Of a stretch of 64,000 nt of DNA, positions 50,344 to 63,886 are shown piece after piece. This DNA comes from Macrostomum hystrix (lineage: Eukaryota; Animalia; Platyhelminthes), in the NCBI GenBank assembly GCA_950097015.1, contig CATNEN010000038.1:1550001-1614000 (forward strand). Direction: 5' to 3'. Each line of letters starts with the position of its first letter. Within the stretch, counting starts at the first letter, position 1. The position numbers and the translations under genes are program-made. The notes beneath the pieces are model-generated. The model was given only the letters and a program-made list of their open reading frames with translations, was not told where the DNA came from and ran no database searches.

Positions 50344-51394
50344 GCGAGGCATCAACTGCGAGTGCGAGTTCGCGCCTACAAAGCTGCCGATCAGGTCCGC
50401 GTGACCTCCCTGCTGCAGCGAGCCAGCTTTTGGGTCTTTCTTGAGGCCGCACCGCGCCTGCTCGCTTTGGACCGGGTGAGATGGTGCCTCACTGGCCTCA
50501 TGGCGTGCGGCGCAGTGTCTCACAACTCTCCGTTTCTCGGCTTCTGCTGGGAGCTGGTGGCTGCCGCCCTGCTGTTTTTCATTCTGTTTCTGTGTATTGC
50601 TTGCGCCTTAAGAATTAAGGACGAAGGCAGCGGTTGCTGGGACTGTAAGTTGCCGATATGTATAGAAAATTATATTTTAATGTTATAATTTAATTGTTTA
50701 ATATGCAAGTACGCCCAGTGGTGCAGCCGCAGCTGTTACGCAGCGCTTCAGAAAGGCTGCATACAGCTGTTCAGTCCACGGACTGGAGCCGCAAAATCCA
50801 CCCGAATTTCTGCCACAGCCGATGCTAAGCAAATGTAAACCAGTAATCTCGCACAGCAGCACAAAATAGTTCTCCTAGTAGCTTTACTAGAGTGGCAAGC
50901 AAAAACTCAAGTAGGACCTGTAGATTCATATTTTAGCGATAGTCGATCTCAAGCGAGAACGATATGTATCGAAAAAACCAAACTCCACCGCAGCGCCGTC
51001 CTGGGTGAGCCTGCTTCGGCCCGCAAGTCTGTCCGACAGTCGTCTGTGGGTGGCCTACCTCAGCGGCAGTGACGACATCGTCGGCTTCCTGGCTCTGCGC
51101 CAGCTGAAGAAGCCGCCTGTCGCATGGGTGGACGTGCAGCTCACCCACCTGGTGGTGCAGCGCTCGCTTCGCCGCCGCGGAATCGGCTCCGCTTTGCTTC
51201 AGGCGGCCTTGAAGCACGAAAGCTGCAGCAGCAGCAGCAGCAGCAGCAGTTCCAGGCATGTGCTGGCTGTCTGCTCAGATTTGCAGTTGTCTCTGTGCCT
51301 TTTCCTGTTGAGGACCAATGGATTTCTTCCGAACAATGCTCTAGACGGCCCGCTGTGGACGAAAGTGTTCAATAAACAGTATGTGCCCAGCTGA
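50344..51394 (+). CDS. NAT8/Camello-like membrane-anchored GNAT N-acetyltransferase (exons 50344-50644, 50937-51394; no ATG seen)
   Basis: N-terminal VRAYKAADQVRVTSLL followed by a hydrophobic segment, then LWVAY...IVGFLAL...LTHLVVQRSLRRRGIGSALL (GNAT motif A). Phase-1 GT-AG intron. Confidence 0.75.
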
Positions 51395-51649
51395 TATTTT
51401 ATCAAGCCTTTAATCTATTATAGTTTTGTCTGTATTTGAAGTCACTCGACTCTTGTTAAAGTGTTCTGTGTGACTGAGTGTATTTGATTGATTTATATCT
51501 TACATTTTTTCTTGCCTGGTGTTTACTGTCGTTGACCTAATCAAGGCTATGATGCTTTATTTCCGATTCTCTGTGCTAAGCACCATCCATTAGTCTTATA
51601 ATGCCCCCCCACCTGCTCGTTTAATACTTTTCATAGACCTTTAATAACC

Positions 51650-53444
51650 TTCTAGCCTGCTCTATAATATCCTACCTGGTCCTTTAATCCCCTACTAGCC
51701 TGTTCTTTGATATCCTACCTAGTCCTTTAATCCCCTACTAGCCTGTTCTTTGATATCCTACCTAGTCCTTTAATCCCCTACTAGCCTGTTCTTTGATATC
51801 CTACCTGGTCCTTTAATCCCCTACTAGCCTGTTCTTTGATATCCTACCTGGTCCTTTAATCCCCTACTAGCCTGTTCTTTAATATCCTACCTGGTCCTTT
51901 AATCCCCTACTAGCTTGTTCTTTGATATCCTACCTGGTCCTTTAATCCCCTACTAGCCTGTTCTTTGATATCCTACCTGGTCCTTTAATCCCCTACTAGC
52001 CTGTTCTTTGATATCCTACCTGGTCCTTTAATCCCCTACTAGCCTGTTCTTTGATATCCTACCTGGTCCTTTAATCCCCTAGCCTGTTCTTTAATATCCT
52101 ACCTGGTCCTTTAATCCCCTACTAGCCTGTTCTTTGATATCCTACCTGGTCCTTTAATCCCCTACTAGCCTGTTCTTTAATATCCTACCTGGTCCTTTAA
52201 TCCCCTAGCCTGTTCTTTAATATCCTACCTGGTCCTTTAATCCCCTACTAGCCTGTTCTTTGATATCCTACCTGGTCCTTTAATCCCCTACTAGCCTGTT
52301 CTTTGATATCCTACCTGGTCCTTTAATCCCCTACTAGCCTGTTCTTTGATATCCTACCTGGTCCTTTAATCCCCTACTAGCCTGCTCTTTGATATCCTAC
52401 CTGGTCTTTTAATCCCCTACTAGCCTGTTCTTTGATATCCTACCTGGTCCTTTAATCCCCTACTAGCTTGTTCTTTGATATCCTACCTGGTCCTTTAATC
52501 CCCTACTAGCTTGTTCTTTGATATCCTACCTTGTCCTTTAATCCCCTACTAGCCTGTTCTTTGATATCCTACCTGGTCCTTTAATCCCCTACTAGCCTGT
52601 TGTTTAATATCCTACCTGGTCCTTTAATCCCCTACTAGCCTGTTCTCTGATATCCTACCTGGTCCTTTAATCCCCTACTAGCCTGTTCTCTGATATCCTA
52701 CCTGGTCCTTTAATCCCCTATAAGCCTGTTCTTTGATATCCTACCTGGTCCTTTAATCCCTTACTAGCCTGCTCTATAATATCCTACCTGGTCCTTTAAT
52801 CCCCTACTAGCCTGTTCTTTGATATCCTACCTGGTCCTTTAATCCCTTACTAGCCTGCTCTATAATATCCTACCTGGTCCTTTAATCCCCTACTAGCCTG
52901 TTCTTTGATATCCTACCTGGTCCTTTAATCCCCTACTAGCCTGTTCTTTAATATCCTACCTGGTCCTTTAATCCCCTACTAGCTTGTTCTCTGATATCCT
53001 ACCTGGTCCTTTAATCCCCTACTAGCCTGTTATTTGATATCCTACCTGGTCCTTTAATCCCCTACTAGCCTGTTCTTTAATATCCTACCTGGTCCTTTAA
53101 TCCCCTAGCCTGTTCTTTAATATCCCAACTGGTCCTTTAATCCCCTACTAGCTTGTTCTTTGATATCCTACCTGGTCCTTTTATCCCCTACTAGCTTGTT
53201 CTCTGATATCCTACCTGGTCCTTTAATCCCCTACTAGCCTGTTCTTTGATATCCTACCTGGTCCTTTAATCCCCTACTAGCCTGTTCTTTGATATCCTAC
53301 CTGGTCCTTTAATCCCCTACTAGCCTGTTCTTTAATATCCTACCTGGTCCTTTAATCCCCTAGCCTGTTCTTTAATATCCCAACTGGTCCTTTAAACCCC
53401 TACTAGCTTGTTCTTTGATATCCTACCTGGTCCTTTAATCCCCT
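51650..53444 (+). repeat. 43-bp minisatellite (ATATCCTACCTGGTCCTTTAATCCCCTACTAGCCTGTTCTTTG)n, ~41 copies
   Basis: Direct reading; some 40-bp variant units. Confidence 0.97.
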
Positions 53445-56400
53445 CAATTATTCGGTCATTTTTCGTGACTCTTTAAATCATAGCAAGTCTTATATAATGA
53501 CACTATAGTTGTCGTGCAGGCCTAGTCAGTATTGATCAGTTACTTGCTACTTATGCACGCCAATCAATGAGCTACCTGCCCTGTACTTCTATTTTCCAGC
53601 CTATCCTATCGCTGCATTCAGTGTTCACGCTGAGCGGCAAACCTTGGCCTTGTCATTTCGCTTGTCGCTTGCATTTCCGCTGGCCTGATTGCTTTGCCAC
53701 ATGGTGTGTATCATTTTCTCACAATTGGTTCTGATATGTTAACGGCTGCTTCAAATTGAGTTTCTTTAATGGCATTTCTGTCTGCGATTGCCGTTTTCTT
53801 TAAGCCGTCGTGTAAAAACAAAGTTAATTTTGTAATAATTAACTCTAAACTCATTGATTTTCTGCTGTAGTATCAGCAGTAATCAAGCATAATGCGCGCA
53901 TACTTCGAAGTATGTTAAGGAGATTTTTATCAGAAATAAAAGGAAAAATTGAAGTTATTTGCAGTGTATTTTTTTATTCTTCGCAATATGTTAGCATAAA
54001 TACCCCTGTTTTTACGTTTCGTGTACTTTGAGCACTTCTTAGTAGGCGTGAGTTGCCCCTTCCACCAGGCTCCAGTTGCAATGTGATAAACAAAACCGCT
54101 TGTACTTCCTATTCCTAGTAGGCCAGCTAAATTGATGCGCGTTTTTGGTCCGCCCTCCGTGGCCCGCTAATATCCTTACTCATCAATTGGGTTCTCCGCT
54201 GTTTATAGAAGTTCCGGCTGACTTTGAGAATGAGAATCATGAATCAAATTACTGTGCAATGGGGCCAAGATATTGCCCACTATCCTATTTAACAGCGCAA
54301 GTGTCTGCTTAGGCTTTTCGGGTGTCTGGTGAACACAAAACTTCAATAAATGAGTCAGAGCTACGAGTAAAAAGTGCAAGCATGGATTGCTTTACCATAT
54401 TTATGAGCTTATTAGCATGCAGGTGCATGTAAGTACATTTGTGTTTTGCAAATAGCTGGCTTTGGTGCACAAAAGTCGCATTTTTACACCCCCAAACACT
54501 GAAATGTACGTGTACTATCATTAGGGTAGTCGCATGTAGGCCTGTAGTGCAGCCAGAATTTTTAGCAATTTCCAACGTCAGCGATGCCATTGTACTCCTG
54601 CTCGTAACTACGAGTAATTACACTTGTGCGTACACTGCAGCGACAGCTAGCGGAGGACCGCTAGAAACAGGAAAATAGATGGTGCCAAGGTCAAGCTTTG
54701 GTTGCTATGCCAGTGCTGAATGTGGCTCCTCATTGATCTAGGCGTTGGGTGCTGCTTTTCTAGCAGCGGCGGCGGCTTGTGTTTGCATGAAGAGACATTC
54801 TTGTCGTTGGGCAGTCTCTCTGCCGGGAGAAGCAAAAGGCGGAGCCAGTCTAAATATTTTCTTGCACCTTGGAAGATTCTTCTTGGTAGAATATACATTT
54901 ACTATCTTGCGAGCCACTGTTTCGGGTAGTAAAGATTGAAACTCGTGGACTGATGATGACCCTGGAACAGAGGATCTAATGTCAATCCTTCGATGCTTGT
55001 GAATAGAAGAATAATAGTAATAGTAAGAGTAATTGCACGAGAGCTGCCAGCACTCGCACATCTTTAGTGACACTTGACCCGCAGCCAGCGAGGAGGCAAT
55101 TCTGCACATTCCGCTGGTTCCTGAGCACACACGCACACGGATACTTTACGCAGGCCCTGAGTTTCTCATTGTCCTCGAGTGCGTGAATTGTACGACCAGC
55201 CCTCAAGCCTTTTCTCCGTGGCTGTGCCCCAGATGGATGGGCATGGTCTGGTCTCACCGCAGAATCGAGCTCGAGAACCTTGGACCTTGTGAAGAGAAAC
55301 AGATTTGATATGGAAATTAAGTTAATGTATACAAGCAAGCTTGTAAGCGCAAATGTATCAAATAATTTCGTGGGTATTGAATGTCGAATTAGCTCGTGAA
55401 AATAAAACGCAGGTAAAAAAAGATTTAATAAATATTTTAGGATGAAAAATAATTGCTCCTCGGGAACTGTTTTTCATCAAATCTGATTCATCAAATCTGA
55501 CGTCGAATAAATTGCGACCTGACAATCACGCGAGAGGGCGCGGGTGTTTTCAGGGATAAACAGGGCACGAGCCTCACAAGGCCGAGGCTATAAAGCGCGT
55601 AGACGCACTTTTTATGGCAAAACAAAGTAACTCTGCAGCAGCAGCTTGCTGATTTACCGCATGAAGCGGCTCTTTTTATTTTTTACTAGGAGTACATGCA
55701 TGCTTATGCCTGTGCGGAGATATGGAATGCAATAGGAATTCGGCCATGCCTTGACAGCTGCACGCTGGATATTGGTAACAGATTTGGTCATCAATATTGA
55801 TGCCTATATAACAGCGCGCTTAGGGTCGGGTATTTGAACATAATGAGAAATGTTTATTTAACTTTCCAATGTCACAAAAACCCGTGCATATTTTATAAAA
55901 CCTTCAATAATGCATGCTTGTAATTCAAGACGGAATTAAATGTAATGCCCTGTTAAAACATGTACTATCCTATTCGACTTTTCGCGTTAAAAATACCAAT
56001 TACATGCGCATTTGTGAAAAGAGTTCCTTTTTGTGAAGACTTGATGAAATAGAATAATTTACGAGGCGTATTAGATCATATGATACTTGAACTATTTTGT
56101 GTCAAGCTGCACTTTTTCTACGACCAGTTTCAAAAACAAGGCATCCAATTAGGCGGAAAAGCGTTCAAAATATTTTCTTCAGCCCGAGAGTGAATAGGAC
56201 AGGCAGGACTCGCGGGAAATTGTGAGATGTCAACTGACTTAATTACGCGTATCATGCTAGACCCGGCCCCAAGGCTTAACTTTGCAACTTTGGCATGTAA
56301 TCAACGTTTTTTCAACGCCGTGTAGGTTCTACAGCGTATCATAATAATTCTGAGAGCTGAGATGTTGTGTCCATCAGATTTTATAGGAAGTACGCATGAG

Positions 56401-59400
56401 AAATGCATCTTAAGCAAATTATTTGCATCGAATCGAATTCTCAGACGTCACTGGCTCAGACGGTCTCTCATCTCTCAGTGCCACTGCTTGGAACGTATTC
56501 CAAGCTGTGTAAAAATTGCTTCCCTTCGCCACGCTCGGGTCATTTCCCGAATAAAATGCAAGCTCCCAATATCCCAACAACACCAGCCAATCATGGAATC
56601 CCCTGGACCCTTGGCCAGCAACCCTGTCGCTTTCGGGATTGCTTTTTCTCTTGACCGGGGACAAGTTGGCTTGTCGGACTATTAGCATTTGCGGTCAAGT
56701 CAAACTTCGCTTGGGCGCCTCGCCTGGCCGTCCGTTCCTTCTATTCGCTAGTAGCTCCTGAAACATTCTTCCCACAGCAACACCCCTATATTATTTTGGT
56801 CTCTCCTTGGCGTTGCTTCCATTTTCTGTCGTCTCTATTTTGGCTCAAAAGCAAGACATCAGAAAACCATCACAGGACGTCAAACCTATGCCATCGCAGT
56901 TTACTTGGCACATTGTTTAGAGTTCTTAAGGCCACCTGTCACTAAAAAGACGTCACACAACACTATTACTCTGATTTGGAGCCTGAAACGACTTCAACAA
57001 AAGTACCAGGTCTTAATTAAAGGTAAGAACATTTCTTTTCCTAATCCCACAGCTGAAACCACAGAACTAACAACAGATGAAATCAAGAAGTACAAATTTG
57101 CAAGTGCTCAAAGATAATTTCTTGCTTCTCGATCAGCAACCCCAGTCTTTTTTCATTAAGCAAGACTTTATTTCGTTGTAAAACTCTGGAATAAACTGCT
57201 AAATGAAAAAAATATTTCATTCGGTGACGACACAATAAGTTTAAATCATTCGGTGACGCAAAAAATTACCTTTATTTGTATCCTTTAATCCTCGAAAAAA
57301 AGAAAGCAGCTTGACTAGTACAAGTAAAATAGCCTTGCTTTAAACAAATAAATCTTGATCTCAGTGTCGGATCATCGCTGACCAGCCGTGACCTCATTAC
57401 TCAGACACACGTGAGCCCCACTCTAAACCCCAATCAGGTGACTGGCCCAATGGTTAGGAGGCACTGATGCTGATCCCGCTGCCACACGCATAAATTGCTG
57501 ATTCTGAAAAACTAGATACTGATAAATAATGTCTTCAGTTTTAGACTAGACACTTCCTGATCGAGTGGCACAAGCTCTTCAGGATCTAAATGTCAGGATT
57601 AAGACATTTATGATAAATGAGGATGCTTTTGTACTCCAAGACTAGAAGTGGTGGAATGATAAAAGGATGTGTTTCTCATGAAACTTCATGCGTCAGAAAT
57701 CGAAGGCTGAGCTGAATATTATAATTATGCAAAGTGAATTTTTCTGTGTAATAGGGAGATTTTGCTAGGTTTGATAAATTCCCATTTCTGAAAGTACAGT
57801 TTTTAATTGTCATTGCGCAATGCATTTTTTGCCCGCATTTCGTTCGTCTTGACTGAGCGGAGGGAAGGCAGAACGTTCAAAGGAGCAACTAGCGGTCTGA
57901 AAGATTCTTTGAAGTCAACTACCGTTTTATCCGGTCTTTAAGTCGTTAGCTTCGGACGCTTGTACACCCACGAAAACTGCGCATAGAAATTCTGACGCAC
58001 AATTTTCTGAACCGCCTCGCAGCCATTTTGAAACAGCTGCTTTAAACCCAGAGAGATTTGAACTGACTTCAAAGGCTTCTAAATTCTAGCTTAGTGTGAA
58101 AATTGAAAAGCCATTTTATGATCGCTGAAATTGGCCAGTAAAATTTCATTCGCAAAAGTTGAAAAGCGTGCAGCAGCTCGCACAGAGAGACTATGCTTAA
58201 GCTCAGACTGTAGTTGAGCACTTAATAGAAGGCACCGGGCGGCTCTGCATGCGATCAGCTCTAAAAAGGACGAAGTGAAATTTCGTCAGGCCAGCCAACA
58301 ACTGCACCACATGAGCTTGAGCTCAGCATGGTTCGAGTGTGGAGAACTGACGCTGTGTGAGTAAATGCACTGCAACGAATAGCTATCATTATAGGACACT
58401 TTGTGCCGGACTGAAATTCAATGAGAACCGCCGATTGACCTGCTGGAGTTGGTTCTGGTGTGAACTTGTTCGTAGCTCCATGTGAACAGTTTGATGGTAC
58501 ATTTTGCAGGCTCCTATAGTATATACTTTTATTCTGTGTGCTGCATTCGATCTGAAAAGACCCTGTTCACAAAAATAGGAATCGAATTTATAATTACTCA
58601 GCTCAGGAATATATTCTGTTTATTCTCGCCGCAGACTTGGCTAAAATAAATTCTTAGTTCGGGCGGTTGTCTGCGAAATTAAGGTCTAAACCAATTGAAG
58701 AGGCTTCGAGCCAGTCCTAGCCATTGCTAGCTGCACGTGTCTTGGTTTAGCGGCGCAGCATTTATACACTTGAAGAAGTGGCATTTTTGGATAAATTCTC
58801 ACGCCGAAAATCAAGTGTGAATCGCATTCATTAGCAAGCTATAAAAGTAATGCATATGAAAACGGTTACGTCTATTTCTAACGATAGAGAGGCCAAAGCT
58901 AGCCAGCCTCTTAGAATCTTCCAATTCATTATGTAGTCCTGCATTCTGGCTGTCATCATTAGCAATAGGACTGGGCAAGATTGCACATGGTATATAGGCG
59001 GCAAAGTTCGACACAATAACAGCATCAGCTGTCCCTTCTACTTCTTAGCTAAAGACTGGAACATTATTAACAGCATTTCGGCTAAATTAATCGCCAGGAT
59101 TGCGGTCAAAAACCAGTTCGGTGGTCATCTGCGAAAACAAATTCTGCATGAGAAAGCACATTAAACGTGCACAAAAATGCTTCAGAATGACCCATCGGAA
59201 CAAGATCACGAAATTACTGCTGAAGCGACAAAGAAGAACGCATTTTAATTGCTTTCCTCTAATTATTTTAGCACAAATTGTGTTGACTATCAAGGTTTGG
59301 CTTCCTAATACACAAGTGTAATTAATCAATGTAGCTGTTTTATAATCTGAAAGCGAGTGCCTTTTAAAGGTGTAGATTTTTTTGTTTAACTTAAACTACA

Positions 59401-60254
59401 AGGCATGCAGAACGCAACCCAAAAAATTTCTTAAACAATCGAATTAAGATTAGAAGTTGGGTGGAAATCCCAAAATTGACTCCAAAAGCTATTTTTAGAA
59501 CTTGACAGAATGAAGCTGGCAGCAGCCGGACTCGTAGTAAAGATTCGGATTTTGGCTTTCTGACAGTAGTCAATTAAAACTATTTTTTCCACTAGAAAGT
59601 TTATATGCTATCGCACTGAGACCTATTATGTTGCAATTGTTTTTTTTCTGTATGTGAGAGATACAATTCAGACTACTGACAACAGTAGAAAAGCAAAGAC
59701 TTGGCTGCAAAACTCTCACATAACACTAAAAAAATATCGCCATAAAAATGGCAAGGTTAAAAGAGACTTCTGTGCACACTGAGAGTGGTGGGAGAGGACT
59801 GCGTGCGGCTATGGCTGACTGACGAAGGCAAACAAGCCAGAAACCGGTTTCGGTCTGCCAGCGCGAGGTTCGTTCCCCACTTTTAGTGTGTTACACTGTA
59901 GATGTCAAAACATTCTCAATAAAAAAATATAGAACCACTGAATGTGCCACCGAGGCCTGCGTTTGGACTAGACCGAAACAAAAAACGTTGCAGATTGCTT
60001 CCTGTGTGAACCCAAAAGAAGCTTGGGCGACCCAATCCCATCATGGACTCCGCCCACCGCGACCTCCGGGGGGATTTTGTTCTAATTGAAACTGGCAAGA
60101 AAACAGCTGATGCGGAAAGCCGATGAAAATGGAAGGCTTTCATATCGGATATTACTGTAAGTAGAGTAGGCTAAATAAAAGTGTGCTGTGCTTCAATAAT
60201 CTTAGCTTAGATTCCAAAGCTTCGGCACGCTAGCCCCCATGCAGAGCTGAGATT

Positions 60255-60500
60255 TTAGCCTTGTGGTTAGACTTAGAGCGTACATAAATGTCGGGGGTTC
60301 GATTCCGGACTACACTGGAATAATTTGAGTCCTTTTAGCAAGATACTTAACTCTGCGTTGCTTCAGTTCACCCAGCTGTTAGATGGTTACCAGCTGGGGT
60401 AATTGAGAGTGGATGTGGCATCCCCCCAGTCCATGGACTGAACAGCCGTATGCAGTCTTCAGATGCGCCGCACAATAGCTGCGGCTGTGCTGTCGGCTGC
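60255..60500 (+). mobile_element. SINE family 1, most complete copy (tRNA head plus CORE/Meta-like central domain)
   Basis: A-box-like TAGCCTTGTGGTTAGA and B-box GGTTCGATTCC, followed by TCCTTTTAGCAAGATACTTAACTCT...CTTCAGTTCACCCAGCTGT...ATGG.TACC. Confidence 0.75.
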
Positions 60501-61876
60501 AAATCTGACCCAATCAGGGCCAATGTTATCAATTATAATATTAGAACTCAGACCATATAATACCACAGATTTAGACCAATTGTATAGTTAATGACTTACA
60601 AGGAACTCGAATCAACATCGAGGCTGCACCAATTTTTCCTTCTTTCTAGGAAGACAAGGCTTGAGTCGGCTGGTTTTTGAGCATATCTTGTTGCTATGAC
60701 CTTCGGTCTTTGTTGTTAGAGTGAGACTATTAGCAAATGAGCAAAACATAATTCCAAAATTGAGAACACCAAAACATGTTTTTGTTTTGTTTTTTGCAAA
60801 GATATCATTCTTTGTTCGATAGAAAAATTAAACAATGAAACAATTAAATAAGGATCATGTTCAGCTGTGAGCAACTGAAGCTGCTCCAGTAAACTGCCTG
60901 TGTCATTCTTTCTCTTTTAATTCCAGAATTAAGTTTTTCATTGCATTGTTTCGCAAATTAATTTAATCGATTTCGTGACTGATTGCCTCGCTCAATAGGC
61001 TGGTCTTGCCTGTTTCTGTCATGTGAAATGTCGCGTGAGCCGTTGAAATTCTATTTAAATAGCATTCAAAAGTATTTCAGCTCACAGCCTTGCCCATTGT
61101 GCTGTGCCCATCTCAAACAGGAAAATCTATAGCATCAATCGGAGCTGTCTGCCCTCAGTTTTGCTTCGCATCACATTGAGGCATTGTTCTTATGCCAGCA
61201 TTTTTAAACTGCAGCAACCCCTTCATGCAGCCTCCATCGAGCGCAGACTGGCAGTCCTACAGAGCCGTCCTTGAGCTCGGCTTATCAGACACTCGAAATC
61301 AGTTTTGCAATTGTTTGAGTTGTCAGATTTTTAATAGAGAAATAAAATAAAAGCGAATTGGTCCTCGGCATTGCACAACAGTCATGGAATGAATGCCGCT
61401 TAGGATTACAATGTCTTTAGGTTCTGTTTAAACACGCAACTGTCCCTGATTGTTTCTCTTCAATTTCTCAAGCGCTGCTTGCTTTATTTTGTCATTGGTA
61501 AAAATTTAGGGAAAGCTGTTTAAAAATGATGCTATTCACTTCGATTTTGTTGCTGCCTGTGGGCACGTTGTCTTTGAAAGGAGTTGAATTGAAGTAAACT
61601 AAATCACTATTGAGCTTTGTTCGGTCAGGCTTGGAGTCCATTTCCAATTTATTGTCCTAAATAAAGTTTGACTTATCTGCTGAATTGAAGCAGCAGTTGC
61701 TCGATTGCTTCTTTGATCTGACGATTAATGACCGCAGTGGGAACCGGTTCGAGGGGCGCAGTTCCTTGAGGAAGGAGCCAAAGCAGCCCCTCTTTTGGAT
61801 AAATCGAATCGAACTGCATTGAACAAGATTTGAGTTTTGATGATACTTTGAGCTCCGTTTCCACTCTCTCCTTCAG

Positions 61877-62418
61877 ATGGCAGCCGCTCCGTCACCCACC
61901 GCCTGCTCTCTGCTTCACCTGGAGCTGCTGCCGTACGCGGTGGCCGCTCCGCTGGACTTCCTGGCGTCGGCCGCGTTCGCATTCGGCGCCTGCGTGTTTC
62001 ACCAGATGCGCCGGCAGCGACGCAGTGCCGGCCTCACGGGCTTCCTGGCCATTGTGGTCACGGAGACTCTGGTCTGTCTGGCCAGTGGCGTCTGCCTAGT
62101 TCTGCACGTCGATCACATCCTGGCCAAGCGGAGCCTCTGCGAGCAGCTGTACGGCAATGGCAGTCGGGAGGGCGCGGCGCAGAACCTCACGAACACAGGC
62201 GGCGGCGTCAGGGTCTACTTTGCATTGCCACTGCTGGTGTCATTCTACGCTACCAATTTCCTGCTGTTCGCGCGCAACTACTGCATTGTGGCCAAGACTG
62301 GCCTCACCCTGCTGCAGGTGGCATTGCCGCTGCGCTCCCGTGTGCTGCTCACCGCCAGAAGGTTGCGCTTGATATTTGTCACCTGCTACGTGGCGGCAAC
62401 TGTGCCCACATTTATTAG
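61877..62418 (+). CDS. Divergent rhodopsin-type GPCR, first coding exon (TM1-TM4)
   Basis: Four hydrophobic segments. The TM3/ICL2 pattern RNYCIV..T....VALPLRSRVLLTARR is typical of invertebrate peptide/orphan class A GPCRs. Acceptor CTTCAG directly before the ATG; donor GTGAGC at 62419. Confidence 0.7.
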
Positions 62419-62705
62419 GTGAGCTGCAATCCAGACAGGACACCTACGAGTATAGCAATGACCCATAAATGAGTCTCATGCACACAGATAAACACATAGA
62501 CAGCTCAGAGCTACGGTTTCTGAATCAAACTGCTTAGAAAAAAGGACACGGACTCGAAATCAGTATTCAGTGGGTGAGAGAGCCACACGATTATCACAGC
62601 ATTAGTAACGGTAATGACACTACTAGGTATATAGAGAACAATGACACGTCTACTTGAGTCAGATTATTTACAGTCAGACATAAAGACTGAGCAGAGACAC
62701 AAAAG

Positions 62706-62870
62706 CTCAGTCCGTGGACTGGGGGGCCATTACATACTAAAAGTTCCCAGCTGGTACACATTTTACAGGTAAATAAGCTAAGGCAGCGGGGAACCAATTG
62801 TCTTGTGCAAGGATACAAAAAGTCCCCCCTGAGATGAGATTCGAACTCCCGATCCTTCAGTTTTGGAACT
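62706..62870 (-). mobile_element. SINE family 1 copy
   Basis: CAGTCCGTGGACTGGGGGG...CCCAGCTGGTAC...GTCTTGTGCAAGGA...GATTCGAACTCC (reverse-complemented B box). Confidence 0.65.
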
Positions 62871-63886
62871 TTTTTACGCCACATAAAAATTCTACATTCA
62901 TGCTACATATTCATGAATTTCTGCTGCAACCTTAAACCTGACGCAAAAATGCAGAAAACTACTTGCTTTTCAAAAGAATGAAGATAGTTACTCTGCTTCG
63001 TGATCAGTAGACTTAGAAACGAGGGCTAACCCTGACCCTTCCCTAGTAGCAATTTTAAGTCGTAGGTATTAGCGATCTTAAAAAACAGAAAACAAAGGAG
63101 AACAAAAGAGCATTCCAGACCCGAAGTAAATTGCAGCCTATTGTAAAACAGCTGCATCATTTTTAACAATTTTGATAAGCCGGTCTAAAATTTATTTATG
63201 CGTAAAGCCAGGGCAGTCTAATCATTGTGCATCCCACCAGAGACCAATGCATGTAGCTGTCGTATCATATACACAGACTTCTACTAAAGTGGCCTCTCTA
63301 ACAAGGATAGGCAGACACAGGAAGAGGCAAGCAAATGCTTTAGGGGAAGACTGAAGCCGCAAAGTTCGCAGAAGTGCCACAGCCCCGACTTACTTGCAAA
63401 TCCGACTAGGCGGAGGGACATTGCGACAGTGTGAATACAGGATTGAGCTCAGGAACTGCCGGGAAGTAGATCAGCATTCCCGCAGACCTTCGCATCAGAC
63501 AGTCCAATAACTGATACTCCTGCAGAGTTCCCCTCCCCTAGCTCTCTGCTCTCTATCTCTGTCTCCGGTCTCTGCTTTGAGTCCTCTGAAATCGCTGCCG
63601 AATAGGGCATGTAGAGGACAAGACTCGCTGCGTCAAGAGGAAAGAGCTGGCAGCCAACCATTTCTCTTGTTACCCAGAAACAGCGAGCCCGCGCCGAGCT
63701 CTTTCGCCACTCGCTGGCGCGCCGTTAAAAATAACTGACAGCTGCAGAGAGGGGAGAGGGGCGGTACACTCGGACTGGAGATCAGGATCAGCGCTACAAT
63801 AATTACACCACAAAGGTTCAGACACACTGAAGCTTAACAAAGCGGCATAGAGACTCCTCTCGTGGCTGCCAAACTGTTCATGCGGA

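Noticed and set aside
8570-53444. CRISPR-like appearance of the 20-43-bp repeat arrays
   Set aside because: Units are head-to-tail with no unique spacers, there are no cas genes, and the context is eukaryotic.
54738-60143. Short ORFs and weak TE-like motifs (AAYIPCA at ~59.0 kb, CVWTRP at ~59.96 kb, CTAG-ended GC hairpins near 56.7 kb)
   Set aside because: Too short or degenerate to assign; no termini or TSDs found.
60255-60315. tRNA gene candidates (also ~3700-3750 and ~17275-17340)
   Set aside because: A/B boxes lead into repeated SINE bodies; no convincing cloverleaf.
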